From a virus: a DNA stretch of 64,000 bases. Location: positions 64,001-128,000 of IMG/VR virus record IMGVR_UViG_3300018080_000116; one strand, written 5' to 3'. The notes under the pieces were generated by a model, which was not told the origin of the DNA, searched no databases, and was given only the letters and a program-made list of their open reading frames with translations. Each line of letters opens with the position of its first letter. The first letter of the stretch is position 1. The translations under genes were made by a program, and so were the position numbers. Shown here one piece after another: positions 44,276 through 54,000 of this stretch.

Positions 44276-44650
44276 CTATGGATTATTTTCCCTCCACCAA
44301 TAAACCTTGTGGTTGTTGAAGTACCGCCCCTTCCTCAGATTACGCATGTCTTCGGGGTCATCTGGATTCCAAAATCGAACATAGGTGTTGTCGCCATTTA
44401 ATCCCACTGGAGAAAATGTCACATATATTCGCTTGTGGTGCCTCCACTGTTTGGGAATGCGGAACACCCACATTTTTTTGCCATCTTTAGCTTTGATCCG
44501 AAAGTTGCCAAAGCCACCTTCGTTGACAAGCAGATAAGCCTTTCCCCACACGCACCTCTCATTCGTAGCGACGGACTCATCCTTCCACGATACGAGATGG
44601 GCCGCATCATCTGTTCCGGTTGACATCGCAATCACTAGCAGTAGTAACAT
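44276..44650 (-). CDS. secreted hypothetical protein
   Basis: MLLLLVIAMS signal-like; TAATG overlap with HAD stop. Confidence 0.6.
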   Translation of the reverse strand: MLLLLVIAMSTGTDDAAHLVSWKDESVATNERCVWGKAYLLVNEGGFGNFRIKAKDGKKMWVFRIPKQWRHHKRIYVTFSPVGLNGDNTYVRFWNPDDPEDMRNLRKGRYFNNHKVYWWRENNP

Positions 44651-45363
44651 TATTTTGCTCGAATTGGAATGTGTTGAACCCAAGCACGCCCATTGGGGTG
44701 CTGCGGCGGGTAGACTCGGTGCATGGTCACCTTTTGGAGATTGTGGTATCTCTTTTGGAGGTCCATGCCGAGTTTGATGAAGTGGGGGATGTGATCCGAA
44801 CGGTCATCCCAGAAGTCAATTTGCACAATTCCATCATGCATCAACTTCTTCTCAATGATGTATTTTTTGTGGGCGATGGTGCTCCCATCTGGCTTATTCT
44901 TCTTTCCGGAACGAGGATAATCTGGCTCGGTGATGAAATCGCCAGAGTAGAATTCATCGTGGGGGTTGGGCTCGTCATCCTCGCCATCATGCTTGGTGAG
45001 GTGTTTCAATGCCTTTTTGTTGGTGGGCGATACATGCCGCTTGCCAATAAGCCCCTGCCCCGCAAGAAGCTGGCGCACACGATCAGAGATGATCCCACGT
45101 CGGCCTGTCATTAAGACGGCATGGGTATCTGGGTCGGCTTTGGCCTCCAAGAAGGCTCGGACCACTTCTTCGTTGAATGTAACACCATCTGGCAACGACG
45201 CTTGGCTGCCCCACCAATCTTTTCCATTCCACCCCATTCTGTCCTTTTCTTCCTGGGACTCGGGCTTCAGTGGCGAGTTGGCAAGGGTGCCGTCAAAGTC
45301 GAAGATGGCCAATTTGGTCTGACCGGGCATTTGTTGCATCCATTCTCGGAAACTGATTTTCAT
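44650..45363 (-). CDS. HAD phosphatase, Swiss-army-knife RNA-repair type (HAD_SAK_1-like)
   Basis: IFDFDGTL.NSP...DWW; VLMTGR; FWDDRSDH; starts MKISFREW. Confidence 0.8.
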   Translation of the reverse strand: MKISFREWMQQMPGQTKLAIFDFDGTLANSPLKPESQEEKDRMGWNGKDWWGSQASLPDGVTFNEEVVRAFLEAKADPDTHAVLMTGRRGIISDRVRQLLAGQGLIGKRHVSPTNKKALKHLTKHDGEDDEPNPHDEFYSGDFITEPDYPRSGKKNKPDGSTIAHKKYIIEKKLMHDGIVQIDFWDDRSDHIPHFIKLGMDLQKRYHNLQKVTMHRVYPPQHPNGRAWVQHIPIRAK

Positions 45364-45452
45364 ACGAATATCTATCAGAGCGAAGCCATTTTACGAAGAA
45401 AGCTCGTAATTCACAATAGACACGAGAACCCGAAGAAGGTTCGCCGCAAAAT

Positions 45453-45484
45453 GAAAAACGCCCGGCGAAAGCCGGGCGTTTTTT
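45453..45484. terminator. intrinsic terminator (bidirectional shape)
   Basis: AAAACGCCCGGC-GAAA-GCCGGGCGTTTTTT. Confidence 0.8.
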
Positions 45485-45485
45485 C

Positions 45486-47033
45486 TTAACCTTGGCCGAC
45501 GCCAAGTTTGCCCAGGAATTTTTCAACCTCCAGGGCATCTACGGCTTGGCCTCTCATGTGGTTTGGCAGCTTACCACTGCCACCACAGTAGGCACAACCA
45601 CCACCTTGGCAACCAGGACACCTATCTCGGTCGGAACCTTCGATTTCACCCCACTGTGCCAGCGGTCGGTCTTCATCTGCGAACATTCGCACGCTCTTGG
45701 CCCAGGTGGGTCTGGGGTCTCTAACTTTGCCCTTCTCTGTGAGACGGAACATGTTGACCCATTCTCTGACCTGTTCTGGGCTTAGACCGGTCCCCCTAAT
45801 GCGTTTCAACATTACTGCTCGGTCTTGCGGTGAGAATTCTAGAAGTTGCAGCAGGAACATAACCGCACGTCGTTCTTGATTGGCCCAACCGGTTGGTGTG
45901 GCTTGCCCTCTTATGTCTCTCGATCCGCCCAAGGCCGCTTCAACTGCTTCTAGCGGGTTACCTTGAAGCAACCAAGCCAGAGCAAGCGACTTATCTCTGC
46001 GAGAGGAAAATTCTGAGGGGATATTCATGTTGAGTCTCACCCCTGGGAACACTCGTTCCGACAGACCGGTTCTATCGTAGATCTTAACGTATCTTTCAAC
46101 ATCCACATCGGGGTGCAGCAAACCTTTGAGAAACTCATCTCGCACTCTTTCGAGGGCCACACCACGCAGATCAACAAAGTCTTGCAGCGCATCTTCGATG
46201 TCTGGGTCCATTCTGGACCCCTTGCCGAATCGACAGTGAAATCGCACGGCTCGCATCACACGCAACTTATCTTCATTGAATCTATCTCTTGCTTTGCCTA
46301 CCGTTCGGACGACTTGATTTTTGATGTCATGCCACCCCTTCCCGGTGGGATCGTAGAGCCTGTTATTTTCGCCATCGGATTTGGTCAGTTCAATATACAT
46401 GGCGTTGATTGTGAGGTCTCTTCTGCTTGCGTCTTCGTGGGGGTTGTCCACGAAATCCACCAGGGCGGCACCATCGGTCACCTTGGCGTCACGACGAAAA
46501 GTAGCAATTTCAAACTCCTCGCCATCCACCACAGCGCTGATAACAAATACCTTGCCCGATTCATCTCGTCCCTTAACGAACCAAGTTTTCCTATCACTCT
46601 TGCTGGATGTTTTGGGGCGGAAGGTGAGTCTGAGTGGCTTGGCATTTTCATCATTTTTACCACTGCGATCAGGCGACATGGTGAAGCCTGCTGAGGAGAG
46701 AATGAGCGCAATTTGTTCTGGGGTGGCATTGCTTGCCAAATCGTAATCCTTGATGGACTTCCCGGCGATGAAATCACGAACGGGACCGCCCACCAGAAAC
46801 AGTGACTTCTTCTGCATGGTGATGGGCTTGCCATCGGTGTTGTCCATCAGCTTGATGTTACCGCTATTCAAGAAAGCTTCAATCAGGGGCCGCATTTTGG
46901 CTGGAGGAATGAATCCCTTTTCCATCTGAATGAATTCTTTCTTCCAGTCTTTGCCCGCATTGCCACTCGCATCGGGCTGGCCTTCTTCTTTCAGCACAAC
47001 AAACTGCTTAAATGATGGTATTTCAGGCTTCAT
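45486..47033 (-). CDS. cca: class II tRNA nucleotidyltransferase (CCA-adding enzyme)
   Basis: LVGGPVRD; DYDLA; EIATFR; EDASRRDLTINAM; EDKLRVMRAVRF; ERVRDEFLKGL; no poly(A)-polymerase GRRF signature. Confidence 0.88.
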   Translation of the reverse strand: MKPEIPSFKQFVVLKEEGQPDASGNAGKDWKKEFIQMEKGFIPPAKMRPLIEAFLNSGNIKLMDNTDGKPITMQKKSLFLVGGPVRDFIAGKSIKDYDLASNATPEQIALILSSAGFTMSPDRSGKNDENAKPLRLTFRPKTSSKSDRKTWFVKGRDESGKVFVISAVVDGEEFEIATFRRDAKVTDGAALVDFVDNPHEDASRRDLTINAMYIELTKSDGENNRLYDPTGKGWHDIKNQVVRTVGKARDRFNEDKLRVMRAVRFHCRFGKGSRMDPDIEDALQDFVDLRGVALERVRDEFLKGLLHPDVDVERYVKIYDRTGLSERVFPGVRLNMNIPSEFSSRRDKSLALAWLLQGNPLEAVEAALGGSRDIRGQATPTGWANQERRAVMFLLQLLEFSPQDRAVMLKRIRGTGLSPEQVREWVNMFRLTEKGKVRDPRPTWAKSVRMFADEDRPLAQWGEIEGSDRDRCPGCQGGGCAYCGGSGKLPNHMRGQAVDALEVEKFLGKLGVGQG

Positions 47034-47056
47034 ATTTATCTTCCACTTGTTTGCTA

Positions 47057-47063
47057 TATCTAG
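47057..47063 (-). promoter_or_regulatory. late-promoter-like box upstream of cca
   Basis: CTAGATA about 25 nt before ATG. Confidence 0.5.
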
Positions 47064-47079
47064 GGCATTCTATCAAAAA

Positions 47080-47736
47080 TCAGGCGGCACCGGAAGCCGC
47101 AGGTTGCTGCTGTCTCTGGCCGGTCTGTTGTGAACCGCCAGCGATGTAGCTTTGGCTCGGCGAGCCCATCCCAGCATTTGCCAAAATATCTGGCAAATCT
47201 CTGCGGGCATCCAAAACATCTCTTGCGAAGTCCTTGTCACGCTGTCGTTCCAGGGTGTGTCCTGCAAATGGGAACAACACTTCAACCGGATAGACTTCTC
47301 CTTTTGCCGTCTGTTTGAGGAAGGTGGCCTTAGAGACCATTGCTTGTTGGATGTCGTATTGTTCAGTTCGGCCAGTGGCTTTCAATTGCTCGATTGCATT
47401 TTTCAGTCCGTGGTATTTTGCCAACGTCGGATCGTTGCCGACCTGCGCAGCATCCACAAGCACAGTAATGGTTAAACCAGAATCATCCAGACCTTCATAG
47501 CTTCCACCGTAACCAACGTAGGGCGTGGGAGCCTGGGTGGTCTTGTACATGCTCTTTTGAAAAACACTGGAAAGAGCGTCACCGCCTCGGTCAATCGCTT
47601 GAATGTGGTACGGCGTGGTGTCGTGTGCGGCACGTTGGAAGGGGTTGTACATCAACTGTCTCGTACCCGGATTTCGCAGGTAGTCAGTTGAAGCCTCCTG
47701 TGCCATCAGCCAATCTCTAAATCCTAAACTTTCCAT
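47080..47736 (-). CDS. hypothetical protein with capsid-targeting-like N-terminus
   Basis: MESLGFRDWLMAQE; ATAGATATATCTAT palindrome at 47752-47765. Confidence 0.75.
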   Translation of the reverse strand: MESLGFRDWLMAQEASTDYLRNPGTRQLMYNPFQRAAHDTTPYHIQAIDRGGDALSSVFQKSMYKTTQAPTPYVGYGGSYEGLDDSGLTITVLVDAAQVGNDPTLAKYHGLKNAIEQLKATGRTEQYDIQQAMVSKATFLKQTAKGEVYPVEVLFPFAGHTLERQRDKDFARDVLDARRDLPDILANAGMGSPSQSYIAGGSQQTGQRQQQPAASGAA

Positions 47737-47797
47737 GGGCTTCCTCTAGTAATAGATATATCTATCCGTCGCAAACGGAATAATAAATCCTCCAGAG

Positions 47798-47804
47798 CTA
47801 TATA
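47798..47804 (+). promoter_or_regulatory. late-promoter-like box at head of structural operon
   Basis: CTATATA before ATG47813. Confidence 0.55.
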
Positions 47805-47812
47805 TTTGTGTT

Positions 47813-48319
47813 ATGAGTAAAGAAAAAGAAAAAGAGGAACCAGAGATCATCCAGGAGGTAGACGAAGACCAACTGGACAGGGTGGTTCCTTCTATGAATG
47901 TAAGTCTCCCACAACCCAAGGAAGACGAAGAAGGGAGCTTGGTTTCTGATGAAGCCTTGATGGGGATTTACGGTGAAGTGCTCAAGAATCTCAGAGACGA
48001 CCGATGCCAAATCGACACATTCCTGAATGAATTCGCCGAAATGGTTATCAACAGTGGAGATGCTTCCTCTGCCAGTAAAGAGGCGTTGGTGAATTTGGTG
48101 AAAGCCAAAGTGGACGCAACCGACAAAATGTCCCGAATTGCTGATTTGATGACCAGAGTGAAACTTAAAGAGCGAGATACGTTTCCTCGTTATCTGGCAG
48201 CGAATCAAAAGAACACTATTAACATTGGTGGTGGAGATGACAAAAAGCAACTCATCCATGCCATCAACAAGAAGCTGAAACAACAAAAGAAAGCCGGTAA
48301 GGAATCAGAAGATGAGTAA
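47813..48319 (+). CDS. possible terminase small subunit (T4 gp16-like)
   Basis: helical protein ending NQKNTINIGG...KQL; weak similarity only. Confidence 0.35.
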   Translation: MSKEKEKEEPEIIQEVDEDQLDRVVPSMNVSLPQPKEDEEGSLVSDEALMGIYGEVLKNLRDDRCQIDTFLNEFAEMVINSGDASSASKEALVNLVKAKVDATDKMSRIADLMTRVKLKERDTFPRYLAANQKNTINIGGGDDKKQLIHAINKKLKQQKKAGKESEDE

Positions 48320-49646
48320 TCACAGACACAATCTAGAAAGTTGGTTGGCAGAGCAAGACATGCCCATGCTCGGTGGCCAACCAGATCCAGCGGGCGGTCA
48401 AGCGCCTGCGGGTGGTGCTCCTGGCATGGTTGGACCGGAACCGCAACAAGGAATGCCTCCAGCCGACCCCAACATCGCCAACATGCCACCTCAGGAAATG
48501 CCGGGTGCTGAACAAGGGGGACCACCTCCCGATGATGTCACACAAGATCCCCAGGCTCCTGACATGCCAGAAGAGAGCGAAGATGCTGACTTTGAGCAGT
48601 GGAAGAAGGAGTTCTTCAAGCTGGCAATCAAAGGCGACCCCCAAGAGATGCTGGAAATGTTGAATAAGGTTCGTGAATCCGATCAGGGTGAAGTTCAAGC
48701 TTATCAGCGAAAGTTCATTGAAGACAATTTTCAGATTCAGACATTGCGGCTCAATTCCAACATCGCAAAGGCATCTCAAGAAGTTCGCAAGCTCATTAAA
48801 GAACAACTAGATCAAAACAATCCAGCCTCCTCGGTGGTAAACCACCTCGGAGCCGTGTTGGAACTAGACCCTCTGCTCAACAACATCTTCATCAAGTTGG
48901 ATGGCTATGGGGGATTGAAGGGAGACCTGCACAGAAAGTTCCTAGCCGCTTTAATGGGCGCTGTGCAAGTGAGCAGTGGTGCAGACGGTGAAGACATCAT
49001 TTTCAACGAAAAGGAATACTCGATAATGATGAGCACTCGCTTCTCTGCCAAATGGGGCAAAGTGAAGTTGGGGGATTGGAGTCTTCGAGAAGATGATCCT
49101 CAGCGATACTTGTCTGAACCAGAATTAAAACGGCTTGAAGGTGGCAGCCCGGAAGAAAAGGACGTGCTTCGTCGCCGAATCGTTCTTGAATCCATTGCCG
49201 AGAAGTTCGAACAGCGTGCCTTTGTGTTCCATGTTGTTGACGACAATGGAGCAATCCACACCCTTGGTTGGGATGCAGCCGGTTCGTTAAGGGCGGCTTA
49301 CACCGAAGGCAAATTGGTAGTTAGAACCCGCCACGCAGAAAATTCAGAAGCAATGATTGATGATAATGGGCAGCTAATCCCTCTGATTGATCTTAACATT
49401 TATTACGTCAAGGAAACTGGTCAAACAGACGAAGAGGGGATGCCCGCAACTGAAGAGATTGAGTTTATGGAAAGAAGAAATGGCATGCTGTTTCTAACCG
49501 CAAGTTTGCAGACGATCAAAGAGTCGGCCTCTGCACTGCAAGGGGCGGTATTTAAGGAGACTCCATATAATGGAAATCCAAGCGATCTCAAAACTTTAAG
49601 GAGATGCGTGTACTCTACACACGACCTATTACTGAAGCAATGTTAA
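48312..49646 (+). CDS. putative virion protein with P/G/Q-rich N-terminus
   Basis: LESWLAE motif; structural operon. Confidence 0.7.
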   Translation: MSNHRHNLESWLAEQDMPMLGGQPDPAGGQAPAGGAPGMVGPEPQQGMPPADPNIANMPPQEMPGAEQGGPPPDDVTQDPQAPDMPEESEDADFEQWKKEFFKLAIKGDPQEMLEMLNKVRESDQGEVQAYQRKFIEDNFQIQTLRLNSNIAKASQEVRKLIKEQLDQNNPASSVVNHLGAVLELDPLLNNIFIKLDGYGGLKGDLHRKFLAALMGAVQVSSGADGEDIIFNEKEYSIMMSTRFSAKWGKVKLGDWSLREDDPQRYLSEPELKRLEGGSPEEKDVLRRRIVLESIAEKFEQRAFVFHVVDDNGAIHTLGWDAAGSLRAAYTEGKLVVRTRHAENSEAMIDDNGQLIPLIDLNIYYVKETGQTDEEGMPATEEIEFMERRNGMLFLTASLQTIKESASALQGAVFKETPYNGNPSDLKTLRRCVYSTHDLLLKQC

Positions 49647-49897
49647 CTTTCAACGAATTCTGCGAAAGCAAAGAAATAGAATCGTTGGCCAAGAAAGCCA
49701 AGGTAGACATTAAAGGTCTTTCCTGCCAGCAAATCAAAATGGGCATGAAAGTAGAAAAGGAACATGATGGCCCCATGGGCAAAGACACAGATGTCGTACC
49801 GGGACACGACAAGGGCACAATATTAAAAATTGTCGTAGCACACCTAAGGGAAGATCCCAAGTATTACACCAAATTGAAGAAGGTGGAGGGTGAATGA
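49640..49897 (+). CDS. DUF5661-family protein
   Basis: MGMKVEKEH...IVVAHLREDPKYYTKL; starts MLTFNEF. Confidence 0.8.
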   Translation: MLTFNEFCESKEIESLAKKAKVDIKGLSCQQIKMGMKVEKEHDGPMGKDTDVVPGHDKGTILKIVVAHLREDPKYYTKLKKVEGE

Positions 49898-50385
49898 AAA
49901 CATTCCATGAATTTGTTGACAAGAAAACAAGAAGAGCGAAGCGACAACTTCAGATTGTTGAAAAACTTCTCAAGCAACAGGGAATGACTGTTGGCAGTTT
50001 TTTGGAAGGTGATGATCCATACATCTTCCTCAAGGCCAACAAAGGCAGTGCGTCTTTCGAGGGCGTGCGCATATATAAGATCGGTGGCAACCTAGCCTAC
50101 CGCATCCAAAAGGAAGAGAAGACCCACCCTTACGGCAAAGCCTATTCCTTAGACATCGAGGGCATGTGGGATGATCTTATCGGCGACAAAATGGACGAAG
50201 AGGCAGCCGGTAAAAAGATCATTTCCGCAGTGAGAGAAGAGTTCGAGAATTTCTTCGCCAAAAGCCTCGACGCCGAAAAGCAACTCCGACAGGGAGACTT
50301 CGACAAGAAGGGCAACCCCATGGGCAATGTCATGCTTACAGGCACAGGTAGCGACTATTCAAACTTAGTACATAGCAAATCGTAA
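49894..50385 (+). CDS. putative internal head protein
   Basis: MKTFHEFV closely matches T4 IP N-terminus MKTF/YxEF. Confidence 0.7.
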   Translation: MKTFHEFVDKKTRRAKRQLQIVEKLLKQQGMTVGSFLEGDDPYIFLKANKGSASFEGVRIYKIGGNLAYRIQKEEKTHPYGKAYSLDIEGMWDDLIGDKMDEEAAGKKIISAVREEFENFFAKSLDAEKQLRQGDFDKKGNPMGNVMLTGTGSDYSNLVHSKS

Positions 50386-50386
50386 C

Positions 50387-51040
50387 ATGCCGGAAATGGG
50401 AGAACAGGGGCCTCAACTACAGGCTCCTCAACAAGCTGGAGGGGACTTCGTTGAAAGTCTATTCTCCCCGGTCACGCAGGGGCCGGTGGCCAATCCCGAT
50501 GCCGCTCGATCTCCCGACCCAATCGTGCGGAAAGGCAGTCTCATTAGTTTCAACTACATGTTCATGAAGCATGATCCTTATCCCATGGTAATTGTGACTG
50601 ATGTGCGGTACGGCCAAAGAATACGAGGTGTGAACCTCAACTACCTAACTTTTTTTGACATCAAGCAAATGTTGAATCGGTTTGGCGAAAATCCATCGTT
50701 TTCCTACCAGACAATAAAGTACGACAGAACATTATTAGCGGCCCTCGAAGCATTCCGAGAATACAAGTGGATGGGAGTAAGACAGTTAAGGAAACTGAAC
50801 AGTGACTTTCTCTTACAAACTATCGAGATGGCAAGAAACTATGATCCATCTCAAATGAATGCAATGAGACAGGCGGTGCAAGAACAGATCAAGCAACAGG
50901 TTACACCGAAAGCTGATGAAATAGCGGAGCCTGAAGGACTATATACTCCTCAACAGCCCACGGGTACTACCGGCACGATCCCAACTGTTCCCACCAAGCC
51001 TGCAAGCCAGCCAGCCATCGGCGGGGAAGGTAATCAGTAA
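50387..51040 (+). CDS. T4 gp2-like DNA end protector
   Basis: SFNY...HDPYPMVIV...GVNLNYL; upstream of TMP. Confidence 0.5.
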   Translation: MPEMGEQGPQLQAPQQAGGDFVESLFSPVTQGPVANPDAARSPDPIVRKGSLISFNYMFMKHDPYPMVIVTDVRYGQRIRGVNLNYLTFFDIKQMLNRFGENPSFSYQTIKYDRTLLAALEAFREYKWMGVRQLRKLNSDFLLQTIEMARNYDPSQMNAMRQAVQEQIKQQVTPKADEIAEPEGLYTPQQPTGTTGTIPTVPTKPASQPAIGGEGNQ

Positions 51041-54000
51041 ATGGCCCAACTCCAGGATATAACAGGACGCCTAGTCACAATGGAAGGAGAACTCTCCGAG
51101 ATGACTGGCGTTCTGCGCCAAATGCTTGCCAAGCAAGACATGGGTGCGGCCATTCCCTACATGGAAGAAGAGAAAACCAAGAATGAGGAGAGGAATACAA
51201 AGCTCGATGAAATTCGAGACATCATGCAAACCCTCAGCGACGACTTCAAGGAAGAGATGGACAATGCCGAGGATTATGCCGCCCAAATCAAAGAAGTAGT
51301 TGAAAGTCTAAGGGAAGCAAAAGGAACTGCTGGTGAAGCCACACCTGCGGCACCCACAGCGGCACCAACTGCTACCATGGGTTTCGATAACCTCGTTGGT
51401 TCGATGAGTGACGTACTCGGCAAAGATCAGGCTAAAATAGCCAAGTCGCTTACCACAGAAGAAAAATTATTGACGGCCATAGCCGCTTCCTCTAGGGCCA
51501 TTGAATCGCAAATCAGAACGCTAACAAGTGCCGCCACCACCAAAGGCTCAATCCACACGCAGGTGGACGGTTCAGATGTCATCAATGTCACCAATTCACT
51601 TCTTGAAGCCCAGATCAAAGAGAGATCTGGCAAGGACATCAAGGTAGATGTAGCACAGATTGGCGGGGGCGCTGGCGGGGGGACTGGCGGGGGTAGCGGT
51701 CCTGGTTCTGTGTTCCCAACTGACGGAGATGCAGCAGCGGCAGGCGAGACGGCAGGCAAAACTTATCGTGAACACTTTTACAAAGCCGGTATTTTCGGCA
51801 CCATGGCTGCTGCCCTGGCAGGCTTAATCAAAAAATTCAGTCCCATAGAACATTTATTCAAGGGCGTGGTTCAAGACGAACTTGAATTCATGCAAAACAT
51901 GCGTGCCACGGCTTTCGAGGTAGAAGGCATCTCGGCCTCCACACGAGGGCTACAAGAAGAATGGCAGCAAACTGGACGGGTGGTTGCACGCACGGGCATG
52001 AACCTGACCGAATTCCAGACACAGTACGTAAAAAACTTGCGTGCTGGCGTTATTTCTCAAAAGGCAGCCCTCGATGTTACCAAGACAGGGCTACATCTAT
52101 CCCAGATGATCGGTGCGAACCATGAGCAGACTTCAGATACACTCATGAATTGGCACAAAACCATGGGCATGAATCAGAATCAAATGGCCCAGTTCAGCAG
52201 ATCACTCCAGGATGTTGCACGACTAACCGGCGTGACTGGCGACAACTTAATGGAAGCCGTCAAAGCATCTGAAGAGCTTGTAAAGAATATGAGAAATGCA
52301 GGTCAGTTGACCGCAGCAGCCGCCGCCAACCTCACATCCACCATGGCTTCCGCCCAAAAACTTGGAGTGGCTGAAGGTGCGCAAGAAATAATGAAAGCTC
52401 TTACGGGCACAAATGCTTTGCTGCAAGAAACCAGTAAAGAAACGCAAACCTTCCTGTTTAATGCAGGTGTGCATGCCGGGAGGTTTGGAGATGTGTGGTC
52501 TGGAACCATCAGCCAAACCAAAGCAGGCATGAAAGATCTCGCTGGGGGTATGAAGGGGTTTGTCGAGAGTGTCATGGGGCAAACCATGGACGATTTCGAC
52601 AAACTCAGTAAAGAAGAAAAAGCGAAGCTGAACTTCATTGTCAAAAATGTCACCGGTAAATCCATCGATGAAGCTCGAAGAATTATTGAGTCCATCGAAG
52701 AAGGTGCCAAGACATATGGAGATCGAATATCAGACATCAACAAACGACTAAGGGAGGAAACGCTTACCCTCGAAGAGAGGAAGAAACTAGAAGAAGATAG
52801 ATTGGCCATGCAAATTGGCGGGGGCTTTGAATTCCTCACTGCATTCGACGAAGCCGCAAAGAAGGGGCTTGACATGAGTGCAGCCGTACAAGACGCCATG
52901 GCCAACAACGAGGATTTGGCAGCAAGCATGGGTTCTATGGGCCTAAACATAGACATGATGGGCCCAACCATGGCGCTTGAAAAAGCTGCACTTTTCACTG
53001 CTGAAAGGCTGAAGGAGGCGGGCGGTGCCGACTTTACACCACAAATCCAACGAGCGTTGGATACCGGTGATACCCAAGCCATGCGTGAAGTCTTATCCGA
53101 TATGAGTGCTGCCCAACAAGAGTTGGCCATGGACACCAAGAAGGGCCTCGATCCCATGACTGAGATGGCCCACAACTTCAACAAGCTGAACGAAACCGTT
53201 CGTGACTTCACGGGGCCAGCTTTAAGGTACATGTCTGGAATGATGATGTGGTTGGCGGTGATCGCTGGCGGCATTGGTTCCGTGTGGACTGCCGCTCTTG
53301 GCTTCGGCGAACTGAAAAAAGGTTTAGCCGGATTGTTTGGAATGGGCGGTGGTGCTGGCGATATGATGGAAGGGATGGACGAAGCAGGAATTGATGATGT
53401 ATTTAAGGCTGGCTTGGCCAAAGCGGGCGAATACGTGCCCCAAAGTATCAAGGATATGTTTGGTGCAGGACTCGGCAAGGCCAAAGATTTGATTGGTGCG
53501 GTCATTCCTGGCGCATTTGCAGACAGTGTTGCGGATGCTGGATTGGATACCGTAGGAGACGTGGTGGGGGATGCTGTTGCTGGCGGTGTGTCCGACGCTT
53601 TGACAGCTTCGACGGGAAGCATCACCACAGGCTTGGGTAGCGAGCTTGCAGATGGTATGACCAGCACACTTACCGCAGGTTTGGATGATGTGGGCGATCA
53701 TTTCACAAGCACTATTGTTGGAAACTTCGATGATGCTCTAGGTGGCGTGAACATAGAAGATGTGGGCTTGCTTGACCAAGCAGGCGACATCCTGGGGGGC
53801 GGGCCAGAAGGCGGAAAGGCACCTTCGTTCGATTGGGGTGGCATCGAAAAAATTGGCGAGGAATTGAAGAAAGCCGCCCCAACCCTCATCAAAGCAGCTA
53901 TTGGCCTCGCAATCGCTGCTGCGGCTGTAGTTCTACTCATCAAAGTCTTGCAGGCTGTTGGAATTGGCCCCAAGGAAGCAATGGAAGGGGCCATCACCAT

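Noticed and set aside
45486-47033. Poly(A) polymerase (pcnB) assignment
   Set aside because: The GR/KRF signature is absent and the EDxxR templating motif is present; CCA-type is preferred.
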